Source of the DNA: Nanobdellota archaeon
Lineage (GTDB): Archaea > Nanobdellota > Nanobdellia > PEZQ01
NCBI GenBank assembly: GCA_018220985.1
Contig: JAAOXS010000021.1
Coordinates: 24,274-88,273, forward strand
Direction of reading: 5' to 3'
Length of the DNA: 64,000 nucleotides
Shown: in pieces, positions 20,089-30,196 of the stretch
How the letters are laid out: each line of letters starts with the position of its first letter
How positions within the stretch are numbered: position 1 is the stretch's first letter
The notes under the pieces: model-generated
What the model was told of the DNA's origin: nothing
The model's input: the letters and a program-made list of their open reading frames with translations, nothing else
Databases searched by the model: none
Translations under genes and position numbers: made by a program

Positions 20089-20681
20089 TACTCATCGAAC
20101 AATTGTACAACACAACAATAACAATAATACAATTCTACGGACTGCCAGGATACTTCTTAGCAATGATAATTCAAGCAATTATTGCACCAATACCATCAGA
20201 AGCACTAATAATGCTCGGAGGCGCAAGCTTCGGCGCGTTTTGGGGTGGATTAATTGGAAGTTTAGGCGAAACAGCAGGGGCAGTGTTTAGTTTTTACATA
20301 TCAAAAAAAGGTGGAAGACCAATAGTTAAAAAATTGTTAGGGAGTAAAATAACTGACTTCGCGGATAAATGGTTTCAAACATATGGTGGCAGAGCAGTGT
20401 TTTTAGGAAGGCTTATTCCAGTAATACCCTTTGATGCTGTAAGCTACGGCGCGGGATTAACAAAAATCAAATTCAAAAAATTCTTCTTAGCAACATTAAT
20501 AGCCAGTTTTCCAAGAGCTTTCTTTTTCTCAATACTCGGAGGATTTGTAGCATCAGAAATATCAAGAGAAGGGTTCATAAGCGCTTTTAATCAAATACTA
20601 ATAATAGTAATCGGGCTTGCAGTAACACTAATAGTTTTCCAAAATTTGCTAGTAAAGAAAGTCAGAAGATTTAAAAAATGA
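20085..20681 (+). CDS. DedA/VTT (TVP38/TMEM64) family membrane protein
   Basis: APIPSE, GRLIPVIPFDAVSYGAGLT motifs. Confidence 0.9.
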   Translation: MILIEQLYNTTITIIQFYGLPGYFLAMIIQAIIAPIPSEALIMLGGASFGAFWGGLIGSLGETAGAVFSFYISKKGGRPIVKKLLGSKITDFADKWFQTYGGRAVFLGRLIPVIPFDAVSYGAGLTKIKFKKFFLATLIASFPRAFFFSILGGFVASEISREGFISAFNQILIIVIGLAVTLIVFQNLLVKKVRRFKK

Positions 20682-20700
20682 CTATTAATGAATTAGGATT

Positions 20701-21330
20701 ATGAAAGTATTAGTTTTAAGTGCGCACAGTGACGATCAAGTCCTTGGACTGGGAGGAACAATTGCAAAACACTCTAAGCAAGGGGATAAAGTAGTCACAG
20801 TAGTTTACAGTGCAGGAGAGAAAAGTCCTGTTTGGACTTTGAAGAAAGAAAAACTAATCACGCAAAGAATGCAAGAAACCATAAACGCGGATAAAATTTT
20901 AGGAGTTAAAAAAACAATATTCTTAAAATATCCTGATGTGAAACTGCAAAAATTCCAGAACGAACTTAACGAAAAAACGTTGAAAATAATACGAGAGTAC
21001 AAACCAGAAAAGATATACGTACACCACAAAAAAGACTTGCACCCTGACCACATGGCTGTTTGGAAAGCGTGCGAGTATTCGCTTAAAAAAATAAAGAACA
21101 CTCCAGAAATATACGGGTACGAAGTTAACTCTTGGTTCTCACCGTTCACGCAGCAAGCAGAACTCGTAGTTGACATAACAAAAGAATACAAAAAAAAATT
21201 ACGCGCAATAAAATGCTACAAGACACAACGCTACCTACTCTTCTTCCTAAACCCATTGCTTAAACTGAGAGGATTTCACTACAGCAGCATATATGGTTTT
21301 AAATATGCCGAAGCGTTTTATACTTATTAA
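20701..21330 (+). CDS. PIG-L/LmbE family N-acetylglucosaminyl deacetylase
   Basis: AHSDD and DLHPDH zinc motifs. Confidence 0.9.
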   Translation: MKVLVLSAHSDDQVLGLGGTIAKHSKQGDKVVTVVYSAGEKSPVWTLKKEKLITQRMQETINADKILGVKKTIFLKYPDVKLQKFQNELNEKTLKIIREYKPEKIYVHHKKDLHPDHMAVWKACEYSLKKIKNTPEIYGYEVNSWFSPFTQQAELVVDITKEYKKKLRAIKCYKTQRYLLFFLNPLLKLRGFHYSSIYGFKYAEAFYTY

Positions 21331-22427
21331 TGAGGAAAGTATTATTCGTACCGAGTGGTATAGGGTTAGGACACGCGGTAAGAACTCATAATATAATAAA
21401 CCACGTGAGAAAAAAAGCGGAATTCCGACTTGCAACTTACGGAGACTCAACACCTTTCTTTAACAAACTAGGATATGAACAAATAAAGTTAAGAGGCTTT
21501 AACTACCATGGCGAATACTCATTTGAATTAATGCAAACACTTGTTAAAGAAGCAGATATATTCTTCAAACTAGCTGGAGATTATTTAAAACTATCACGAT
21601 ACGCTCAAGAATTCCCTTACGACACAATTGTATCAGACTCAGATCCGATAGGGATAATAACTGCGAACTTTCTAAGAAAAAGAAACGTGCTAATAGAGAA
21701 CTTGCAAATCGTACTTGACGAAGCAAAATACTTGCCGAAAAGATTTCAAGAAACATTATCATACCAAATCGGGCTCGTACAAGAATTAGAAAAATACATA
21801 ACACAATATTTGGATTTAATACTTGTAACAAGTTTCAACAACAACAAATACGCTGATAAGAAAAAACACAACATAGGACTGGTAATGAATTCAAAAACGG
21901 ATGATAATTCTTACAAAAACGCGCTGAAAAACGAGTTCATAGCAGTGCCAATAAATGGTTCAGCACTGTCTTACAACATTGTTCACGAACTAATAAGCGT
22001 GTTCAAAAATTTTCCAAAACAAAATTTTTATTTTATAAATTTTCCAACAAAAATAATTAAAAAAATAAAAAACATTTACTTACTGCCATTCATGCACCCG
22101 CCCGAGTTAAGAGCTTACATGAAAGCAAGCAAAGCAGTAGTGAGCTTTGCAGGTCACTCAACGCTAACTGAAATCGCGCACTTCAAAAAACCCTCATTAA
22201 TATTGCCTTTACCAAATCACATAGAACAAATATCTAACGCAACATTTTTTAGAAGAAATAAACTTGCAGAAGTAGTGTTTCCACGGCAAAAATATGAGAA
22301 TGAAAGCGTTACGCGCGCTCTGACAAAACTGTTCGCAAACTTAAACGCGTACGAAGAAAACATTAAAAGCATGAATTTCAATTTTAACGGAGCGGAAAAC
22401 GCTGAAAAATTAATACTCACAGATTAG
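21330..22427 (+). CDS. GT-B glycosyltransferase (MJ1255/GT28-like)
   Basis: GIGLGHAVR, AGHSTLTE and NHIEQISNA motifs. Confidence 0.85.
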   Translation: MRKVLFVPSGIGLGHAVRTHNIINHVRKKAEFRLATYGDSTPFFNKLGYEQIKLRGFNYHGEYSFELMQTLVKEADIFFKLAGDYLKLSRYAQEFPYDTIVSDSDPIGIITANFLRKRNVLIENLQIVLDEAKYLPKRFQETLSYQIGLVQELEKYITQYLDLILVTSFNNNKYADKKKHNIGLVMNSKTDDNSYKNALKNEFIAVPINGSALSYNIVHELISVFKNFPKQNFYFINFPTKIIKKIKNIYLLPFMHPPELRAYMKASKAVVSFAGHSTLTEIAHFKKPSLILPLPNHIEQISNATFFRRNKLAEVVFPRQKYENESVTRALTKLFANLNAYEENIKSMNFNFNGAENAEKLILTD

Positions 22428-22849
22428 TTCATAATAACTCTCTCAATGTTTACGACCAATTTTTCAACATCATCATAAAACGATTTTAGCTTATCTTTAC
22501 TGAAAGTTTTAGAACTCTTCCAATTACTAATGATCACGCCTTTATCAGTTCTATACAAACTCTTGTAAGTCATGTTTTTTAAATAAAAATACATGTCATA
22601 CAATCTTTCCTCTAAAGCCACTTTTCTCAAAATTTCTTTACTCAAATCCTCAAAAGTCGTGGACGTGCTTGCGGAATCTCCACGTTGAGATTCAAGAATG
22701 ACCGGGCTAATCAAATTCATCGCGCTTAACAAATTTTCAATGTAAACTTTAATACTTGAATCAGGAAGAGTATCTAAATTAATCAGGATTTTTCTCGCTT
22801 TCTCTAATTCTAAACGAGACCTATTAAGATTTGTACGCGTAAGTTCCAT
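22424..22849 (-). CDS. Hypothetical helical protein (HEPN-like), paralogue of the upstream gene
   Basis: ELEKA near the N-terminus and a C-terminal helix (LKSFYDDVEKLV) similar to the neighbour. Confidence 0.5.
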   Translation of the reverse strand: MELTRTNLNRSRLELEKARKILINLDTLPDSSIKVYIENLLSAMNLISPVILESQRGDSASTSTTFEDLSKEILRKVALEERLYDMYFYLKNMTYKSLYRTDKGVIISNWKSSKTFSKDKLKSFYDDVEKLVVNIERVIMN

Positions 22850-23312
22850 AATCAGTCCTAACTAGTTTTTCAATATTATTAATTAATTCTCGAGCATTTG
22901 ATAAATACTTTTTTATCATATTCACGCTTAAAGTTTCAACACGCAAACAGCCATTAACAATGTGAATAACACTACCTTCCTGAATATTATACCCACCACT
23001 TTTCATACTTCGCAAATTGTCCAGTTTAATAATCATTTCCTCACCTTCAAAGTTAAGAGCGAACTGTTCGGAATAATCTCTTAAAAAATATTTTAAACGC
23101 AAATGCTCGTTCTCAGGTAAGTGATAAATTCTCTTAAATCTTAACTCGTTCTTAAGAAAAGCGAAAATCGTATTGTTCAAGGCGGAGTTAATGTGACGCG
23201 CAACTGAAAGCATAATCTTACGATCGTTTAATAATTTGTAAGTTACGTAAACCATATGGTCAGCTAACTTCAACTCCTTCCGAGCCTCAGCTAACTCTTC
23301 CCAAATATCCAC
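22824..23312 (-). CDS. Conserved DPANN-type hypothetical protein (HEPN-like helical fold)
   Basis: EARKELKLADHMVYVTY motif. The probable start is the GTG at 23312, about 20 nt after a TTTTTAAG box. Confidence 0.6.
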   Translation of the reverse strand: MDIWEELAEARKELKLADHMVYVTYKLLNDRKIMLSVARHINSALNNTIFAFLKNELRFKRIYHLPENEHLRLKYFLRDYSEQFALNFEGEEMIIKLDNLRSMKSGGYNIQEGSVIHIVNGCLRVETLSVNMIKKYLSNARELINNIEKLVRTDYGTYAYKS

Positions 23313-23401
23313 AATAAATATGATAATTCCAAGCTTAAAAATGGTTTGTGCACCTAAAAATATGGAAATATTTAAAAAATTAAACAATATTTCCCAATTT
23401 T

Positions 23402-24208
23402 ATGAGTTTAAATCTTGAAAGTTTAATAAAAAACGATTTAATCATTCCTAAAAAAGATGAAACGAGAACAGATTACTTTGTAAGAGCTATAAATATAAAG
23501 CTAAATAACCCTCCCTTGCAAAAAGTATTAAAATCATATACTACAACAAAAGAATACAAAATATTTGATTTTTACAAGGTACAACCCTCAATAATAAGTA
23601 AAAAAAATAATTTAGAAAAAAATTCGTCGCATTATGGCGGTTCAAGTGCAGGGGCTGATTTAAACCAATTTTTTTCATATTTTGTGAATGAAGGATTTAA
23701 TAAAAAATCACTTATTCCAATAATTTATGAAAACTCAAAAAATGAAGAATTAGCTGTTAAAGAAGCAACTATTAAAACATTACAACATAACATTATTAGT
23801 GACAGTGCAATAAAACCCCAATTCCATGCGAAAGAAGGAATTATAAAAGCACTTTTTAATATTCCAGCCAGCAATAGAAAAAATCAATTAAAAACTGCAA
23901 GTAAAACAATTGGTTTATATGGCTTTTACTTAACACCACCTATTTTAGCTTCAATTGTATCACCAACATTTATTCCTTTAGCAACACCAGGGATTTATTT
24001 ATGCATAAAAGACTTACAAGATATCAAAAATGAAAGAATAATGTACAAAGCCACTAACAAATTAATAAATCTAGATAAAGGATTAGAAAAAATAATACCA
24101 ACATTAACTCCTGATGAAATAGTTAAGTTAGCAAAAGGTTGTTCTTTAGACGATTTGGAAAAAACTGAATTAGAAAAAGAAATGTTTAAAATATTATCTA
24201 CAGCTTAA
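23402..24208 (+). CDS. Hypothetical membrane-associated protein
   Basis: 268 aa, AT-rich, with a hydrophobic hairpin in the C-terminal half. Confidence 0.55.
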   Translation: MSLNLESLIKNDLIIPKKDETRTDYFVRAINIKLNNPPLQKVLKSYTTTKEYKIFDFYKVQPSIISKKNNLEKNSSHYGGSSAGADLNQFFSYFVNEGFNKKSLIPIIYENSKNEELAVKEATIKTLQHNIISDSAIKPQFHAKEGIIKALFNIPASNRKNQLKTASKTIGLYGFYLTPPILASIVSPTFIPLATPGIYLCIKDLQDIKNERIMYKATNKLINLDKGLEKIIPTLTPDEIVKLAKGCSLDDLEKTELEKEMFKILSTA

Positions 24209-24269
24209 TTTCTATCTCAAAAATTTTTTAGAAACTTTTAAAAAACCAAAACACATCAAAAAAGTTACT

Positions 24270-24803
24270 ATGGCCAAACTTAGAAGCGGAAGGTGTTACA
24301 CAACATTGAAAAGACCGTTCACTCGGAAGAGTCGAAAACATGAACTCTCGTACGTAAGAGGAGTTCCAGGCTCAAGAATCGCAAAATTCGAAGTAGGCGC
24401 AACTAAAAAAAAATTCACGCACGCAGTTCACATGATAAGCAAACAAAATATACAACTAAGACATAACGCGTTAGAATCAGCAAGACTTGCAGTAAATAGA
24501 TACGTAAGCAAAGCAGTAGGAAAAGAAAACTTTCACTTAATAATTCGTGTGTACCCGCATCACGTTTTACGCATGAGAAAAATCATGAGCGGCGCAGGAG
24601 CAGATCGTTTATCTAGCGGAATGGCGCACTCGTACGGGAAACCCATAGGCACAGCAGCGCAAGTTAAAGAAGGTCAAGAAATAATAACTGTAAACCTTAA
24701 CGAATCAGGAGTGCAAAAAGTTAAAGAAGCATTCAAAATCGCTGGAAAAAAATTACCCTGCAAAACAAGCTACAAAATAATAGAAAAACAAACAAAAAAA
24801 TAA
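24270..24803 (+). CDS. rpl10e: 50S ribosomal protein L16/L10e (uL16)
   Basis: QLRHNALESAR, RVYPHHVLR and GAGADRLSSGM motifs. Confidence 0.97.
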   Translation: MAKLRSGRCYTTLKRPFTRKSRKHELSYVRGVPGSRIAKFEVGATKKKFTHAVHMISKQNIQLRHNALESARLAVNRYVSKAVGKENFHLIIRVYPHHVLRMRKIMSGAGADRLSSGMAHSYGKPIGTAAQVKEGQEIITVNLNESGVQKVKEAFKIAGKKLPCKTSYKIIEKQTKK

Positions 24804-25412
24804 ATGATTAATTGGATAATTTTTGATTGGGGTGGCGTATTATTCACTATAAATTACTTAGAACTTGCTGAAACAATTCACCATTCTTTTAAACAACTTT
24901 CAAGAAAAGAAATAGAAACAATACTTTACGGAAAAGAATTAGGTTATGATTACAGAAATGGAAAATATAACAAAAAAGAATTCTGGCAAAAAACAAAACA
25001 AGTTATTGGCAAAAAATTTAACACTGAACTACTCGCACAAAAATGGCACGAATCATACAAACTAAACGAACAAGTTCTTAAAATAATAAAACAATTAAAA
25101 CAAAACTATAAAATAGGCGTTATCTCAGGCAACATAAAAGAACGCGTACAATACTTAGACAAAAAATATGACGTGCTAAAATACTTTGATTCCCAAGTTT
25201 TCTCATACGAAGTTGGAACGAACAAGCCGAACCCGGAAATTTATGAACAATTCTTGAAAAAAACAAATGAGAAAGGCGAAAACTGCGTTTTTATAGATGA
25301 TGAAATAAAGTTTATACAATCAGCGCAAAAATACGGTATTAAAACAATACACTTCAAAAACGCGGAAAACCTGAAAAAAGAATTAAAAAAAAATGGGATT
25401 AAAATTAAATAG
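24804..25412 (+). CDS. HAD-superfamily phosphatase (YihX-like)
   Basis: FDWGGV, KPNPEIY and FIDD motifs. Confidence 0.9.
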   Translation: MINWIIFDWGGVLFTINYLELAETIHHSFKQLSRKEIETILYGKELGYDYRNGKYNKKEFWQKTKQVIGKKFNTELLAQKWHESYKLNEQVLKIIKQLKQNYKIGVISGNIKERVQYLDKKYDVLKYFDSQVFSYEVGTNKPNPEIYEQFLKKTNEKGENCVFIDDEIKFIQSAQKYGIKTIHFKNAENLKKELKKNGIKIK

Positions 25413-25611
25413 CGTCACCTAAACTCTCACTGGACACGTCAGGCACTGAAGAACTTACATTCACGCCAGCACTGGATGATAAATCCGGCAAATCAGTATT
25501 AACTCCAACACCTAACTCGCTTGAAGGAACACTGCCCGTTGACTCTTCCTCCTGACTAACGCAACCGCTTAAAAATAACACGCCTAAAAACAAAAACACT
25601 AGCTTCTTCAT
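25405..25611 (-). CDS. Small Ser-rich lipoprotein
   Basis: FLSGC lipobox-like signal. ATGA overlap with the upstream gene. Confidence 0.65.
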   Translation of the reverse strand: MKKLVFLFLGVLFLSGCVSQEEESTGSVPSSELGVGVNTDLPDLSSSAGVNVSSSVPDVSSESLGDAI

Positions 25612-27608
25612 ATCACATCACTACTCCCACTACTCGTTTTACCTAATTGATTCATTTTCATAAACACTTTCTCAGGATTACAATTTTCTTTAACCCAATC
25701 ATAATCCCCAACGCCAAACTTGGAATTGCACTCGTCAACCGCGCCCTTAACAACAACTAACTCAACCTTATAAGCGGACATGTCACTACCCGTTTTTTCA
25801 TAATTATCAATAACTGTTTCAGAACCACTATACATGTGAGTTAACAATTGAGTGAACAAAACACTAGCAGCAAGCCTTTCAAAATTTTTGAAACGCGACT
25901 GAAGTGAAACTTGTAAACCCTCACTCTTAACATCATCACCCTGACGAAGAGCAATTTTTAACTCTTCAACAACACTTTCAATACTGATTAACTCTCCATC
26001 AACAATCGAAGAATTTAACACAATACCCTTCTCAGCGAACTCCTGCTTAACTTTAACAATATTACCACGCATAACACGAATATAATTATTAGCCAACTCT
26101 TCAACAAGAACAACCTGCACTTCACGCATAATCTTCTGAACCCTGCTTTCCAAACTCTTAACTTTTTCCCGCAACTCTTCAGAAGAAGCGGAATCCTGCA
26201 AATCACGCAACTCACTAATCATAACATCAATCTCATCAAGTTTATCATCAATTTTTTTAGAATCAATTGTTAAATTATGACCTTCACGTGCTTTACGAAT
26301 CTCTTCATTAAAATTTTCACGAACACGACTCTTAATTTTTTCACCATAAGCAACATATAACTTTATCTGTGCCTTCACAAACAACCGTTCAAAACGAGGC
26401 TGCAAATCATTCTCAAAACTTTTCGCAGTTTCATCATCCTCAAAAGACTGGCTTTGCTCAACAGCGCTTTTACCTGCTAAAACACCCAATTCACTGACTA
26501 ACTCATTTAACTCTAATTCAATACTTGAAAAATCAACAACAACACCCTCTTTCTCAGCATTCGCTTTCATCTTCACTAACTCCTCACGCACTCTTTCAGA
26601 AAAAGTATTAGCCATAACAACATAAACTTTGTAAACCATACGACGCTTCAACTCCAAATACATACTAACAACTTCACTTTCAAAACGAAGCTTAATATCC
26701 TCCATGTTCTCAGAAGTAAGCTCGTTTTTTAACTCTTCAATATTAGCTTCAACACTACTAAGATATTCCTCATCATCAGAAAAATCAACACTCAAACCCT
26801 GCTTCTGAATTTCACTCTTAACCTCTTCAAACTTACTTCTAACCTCATTCATAACAGCATCAGCTTGCTCTAACATAAAATTAACCCAATACTCCATTCC
26901 ACTCTCATGAACTTCACTAACAATTTCATCAAAATTTTCCTGAACACTAAGCCTTAAAACCTGCCAATCCGTGAAAAAATCTGATTTCTCAAATACCGGC
27001 GCAATTTCTCCACGCCTATTAGAAAAAATTGAAACCTTACCACTAATGCTTGAAACACTAACACCTCTACTTTCAAGACTGCTTGTTAAATTATTAAGAA
27101 ACGCGACCTCCCAATCAAAATGTTGCAAAGACAATTCTTTCATCAAACTCTTAGCCTCCTCAAACCTGGTTTCAAAACTGTTTTGCATAAGACTAACAGC
27201 CACGTTAGAACCGCTCCTCGCTTCACTTCTTTCAATTTCGTCAACAATAACTAAACGCGAACTTGATTTGAAATCATCTTTTAAAACGCTAAACTCATCC
27301 CACAAATTTTCATAACCATCATCAGTAGAATCAACTTCGCCAATGTAAACAGCTAACTCAGCGTGCAAGTCAACAAAATTATCATAAATTTTTTCCAAAG
27401 AAGAAACATCATAATTCTTAACTTCCGCGAACTCAATAATTTTCAACATTTTAATTTCAAAAGTGTCAAGCTCAACACTGTTAAAACCATAACGAACACT
27501 TAACCAATCCTGAGTAGCTGTTTTCTCAAAACCACTAACAACATCATAATCATCAGCGAAAACAGGAACTGCTAATAACAATACAAAAAATAAAACTCTA
27601 CCCATCAT
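25608..27608 (-). CDS. Secreted long alpha-helical/coiled-coil protein
   Basis: Signal peptide (VLLLAVPVFA) followed by Glu-rich helical repeats. Confidence 0.7.
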   Translation of the reverse strand: MMGRVLFFVLLLAVPVFADDYDVVSGFEKTATQDWLSVRYGFNSVELDTFEIKMLKIIEFAEVKNYDVSSLEKIYDNFVDLHAELAVYIGEVDSTDDGYENLWDEFSVLKDDFKSSSRLVIVDEIERSEARSGSNVAVSLMQNSFETRFEEAKSLMKELSLQHFDWEVAFLNNLTSSLESRGVSVSSISGKVSIFSNRRGEIAPVFEKSDFFTDWQVLRLSVQENFDEIVSEVHESGMEYWVNFMLEQADAVMNEVRSKFEEVKSEIQKQGLSVDFSDDEEYLSSVEANIEELKNELTSENMEDIKLRFESEVVSMYLELKRRMVYKVYVVMANTFSERVREELVKMKANAEKEGVVVDFSSIELELNELVSELGVLAGKSAVEQSQSFEDDETAKSFENDLQPRFERLFVKAQIKLYVAYGEKIKSRVRENFNEEIRKAREGHNLTIDSKKIDDKLDEIDVMISELRDLQDSASSEELREKVKSLESRVQKIMREVQVVLVEELANNYIRVMRGNIVKVKQEFAEKGIVLNSSIVDGELISIESVVEELKIALRQGDDVKSEGLQVSLQSRFKNFERLAASVLFTQLLTHMYSGSETVIDNYEKTGSDMSAYKVELVVVKGAVDECNSKFGVGDYDWVKENCNPEKVFMKMNQLGKTSSGSSDVI

Positions 27609-27692
27609 AAACTATGATAATTAACAATTAATAATTATAAAACTTTTCCACGCGAAATTAATATAAGCCAACACTCATTCTAAAAATGTATT

Positions 27693-29489
27693 ATGACAAA
27701 ATTTGTATCCTGGTTTAAAGATGTAGACGTAAGCCAAACATCACTTTTCGGTGAGCAAGCAGCAAAAATAAGTGATTTATACAAAAACAATTTTCCAGTA
27801 CCAATAGGTTTTGTAATAAACAAATCAGCGTTCAAAGAATTTATAGAACAAAATGGGATGGCAGAAAAAATAACGCAACTAATCAACACGGAAAACAGTG
27901 AAGAAATAATGAACTTAATCATGAGCGCTGAAATACCTAACAACGTTTCAGAAAGAATACTAACAGCATACCACAGCTTAGAAACAGGAGGCGAAAGATT
28001 TTCAAGAATAACCAACACAGCACTTGAAATGATACGAGTGGGAAGAACGAAAACACCACTTGTAACAATTGAAACATCAAACAATTACGCTGGAACACTA
28101 AACTTGCAAAGAAACGTGCAAGGAGACAAACAATTACTTGAAAACGTGAAAAAAGCTTGGACAACAATATTTTCACCAGCAGGACTAATACAAATAAAAC
28201 AATCACAACAAATTTTTGAAACAGGAATAATAATAAAAAAAGAATTAGAAACGAGCACGTCAACAATATCCTATTCAAAACATCCAATAAATTTTAATGA
28301 CGAAATCTTCGCAGAATCAGTATGGGGTGGGATAACACCTTTACTGGAAAGTGAAATAACACCAGACTCTTACGTGATAAGCAAACAAGACGGAACACTA
28401 AAAAACAAAAGAGTAAGCACTCAAAACTGGATGATTTACAAAGACTTAAGAACGAACACGCTAACGCGAAAAGAACTATCATACGAACGCGCGAACTCAC
28501 AAGTACTAAACCCAGAAATAATCAAAAAAATAGCGTACTTAACTAACAGAGTTGAAAAATACTTCGGAGCACCCCAAAAAATAATGTTCGTAACAGAAGG
28601 CAACAGAATATACATAACCCGCGTAGAACACATTAAAAAAAATCAGGAAACAACGCAAATAACGCAAGAAGGATTTATCGAACTACTAAAAGCGCACCCG
28701 ACAACAATGGGAATAGGAATTGGAAAAGCAAAAATAATACAATTACCTCGCGACTTTTCCCAAATAAATCAAGGAAACATAATCATCACAAAAAAACCCT
28801 TACCTGGAATTGAAAAAGCACTACTCAAATCAAACGGGTTAATAATTGGCAGTGGAGGAATATCATCAAAAATTACGGAACTTGCAATAACCCTAAAAAA
28901 ACCAGTTATAACAGGCGTAATAGACTTCACAATTTTTGACGAAAATTATGAAACAATGATTAATGCTGAAAACGGGGTTATCAGCCAAAAAGAAATCACA
29001 CAACAGCAAACAATACTTCAAGAAGGACTATTACAAGCACCGACACTAAACGAAAACATAAAACTATCAATTGAAACTTCATCAGAACAAGCACTGCAAA
29101 CAATCATGCAAATGTGCAAACAGTACGGAGTTCAAATAAACGTGATAAACAAACCAGAAGAAATTATTAAACAAGAAACACCATTCATGCAAGAAATTCC
29201 TGAAACAATAACTCCACAATTTATTGATGAAACACCAACAAATTCTTTTTTAGACGAACCAAAACAAATAATTAAACCTGAAGAACAATTTTCAGTTCAA
29301 GACATGCTAAACAAACCAGCTCAAGAAAACCCACTACCATTACCGCAAACCCGAATTGAAACAGAAAATTATGAAGAACCAATATCGCCAAAACCCGAAA
29401 ACGCGTACACAATAGGAGACGACTACCAAGAAAAGAAAGAACCTGAAAAGAAAAAAGAAAACAAAGACGAACTAGTACCTTACTGGTAA
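27693..29489 (+). CDS. Degenerate PEP-synthase-like protein (nucleotide-binding domain plus mobile domain, no catalytic His)
   Basis: FPVPIGFVI, ESVWG, TPDSY and YFGAPQ match the PpsA N-domain. GGISSKI replaces GGxTSHA. Acidic Pro-rich tail. Confidence 0.8.
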   Translation: MTKFVSWFKDVDVSQTSLFGEQAAKISDLYKNNFPVPIGFVINKSAFKEFIEQNGMAEKITQLINTENSEEIMNLIMSAEIPNNVSERILTAYHSLETGGERFSRITNTALEMIRVGRTKTPLVTIETSNNYAGTLNLQRNVQGDKQLLENVKKAWTTIFSPAGLIQIKQSQQIFETGIIIKKELETSTSTISYSKHPINFNDEIFAESVWGGITPLLESEITPDSYVISKQDGTLKNKRVSTQNWMIYKDLRTNTLTRKELSYERANSQVLNPEIIKKIAYLTNRVEKYFGAPQKIMFVTEGNRIYITRVEHIKKNQETTQITQEGFIELLKAHPTTMGIGIGKAKIIQLPRDFSQINQGNIIITKKPLPGIEKALLKSNGLIIGSGGISSKITELAITLKKPVITGVIDFTIFDENYETMINAENGVISQKEITQQQTILQEGLLQAPTLNENIKLSIETSSEQALQTIMQMCKQYGVQINVINKPEEIIKQETPFMQEIPETITPQFIDETPTNSFLDEPKQIIKPEEQFSVQDMLNKPAQENPLPLPQTRIETENYEEPISPKPENAYTIGDDYQEKKEPEKKKENKDELVPYW

Positions 29490-29494
29490 AAAAA

Positions 29495-30196
29495 TTATTT
29501 TATCAAATTTAGATAAGAATCAATTTCTTCAACACTAACAGCGCAACCTTTCAACTTCAAACTCCACAACAAACCCGCAAGAATACGCTGACGCTTATTA
29601 TCCAAATTCAACAAACTCTCATTCTCAAAATTGGAGAAAAAACCATTCTCAAAAGCGAAAACGCCCACCTCAATACTACGCACAACTTTAACAGCACCAA
29701 TTAATGACTTAACACTATCCAACTCACCGCTAACAATTTTAACATGAGTATGCAACTTTTTCTCCTGACGCGCACGCAAACGCTCAGGACTCTCAATAAA
29801 CAAACGAGTATTACGCTCATCCATCAAAACAACCTTAGCACCTAAATGCTTAGCTAACGCAAGCATTTCAGCCTCACCCCAATGAATAATTTGAATAGGA
29901 TTACCCTTAGCAACAAAACACTTATTGCAAGAACGAATAATCCTATCAGTTAAAGATTTAACCTCATCATTCTCAACAAACTCGATAACACCCGACTTGA
30001 TTAACTCCAAAATCCTAAAACCCTCCAAACGAAACTTCTTACTCTCAATAGCTTTAACCACAGTCTCATTCAAAACTTTCCTACCAACAACGAAACGCAC
30101 GTCAAACTCATTTTTTAAACGAGACAACACACCAAGCAAACAATTACTAGACAAACTAATAATAGAAGATGAATCAACAACAATAGTCTCAGTCAT
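29495..30196 (-). CDS. PIN-domain protein
   Basis: VVDSSSII, HWGEAE and MDERNTR motifs. Confidence 0.75.
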   Translation of the reverse strand: MTETIVVDSSSIISLSSNCLLGVLSRLKNEFDVRFVVGRKVLNETVVKAIESKKFRLEGFRILELIKSGVIEFVENDEVKSLTDRIIRSCNKCFVAKGNPIQIIHWGEAEMLALAKHLGAKVVLMDERNTRLFIESPERLRARQEKKLHTHVKIVSGELDSVKSLIGAVKVVRSIEVGVFAFENGFFSNFENESLLNLDNKRQRILAGLLWSLKLKGCAVSVEEIDSYLNLIK

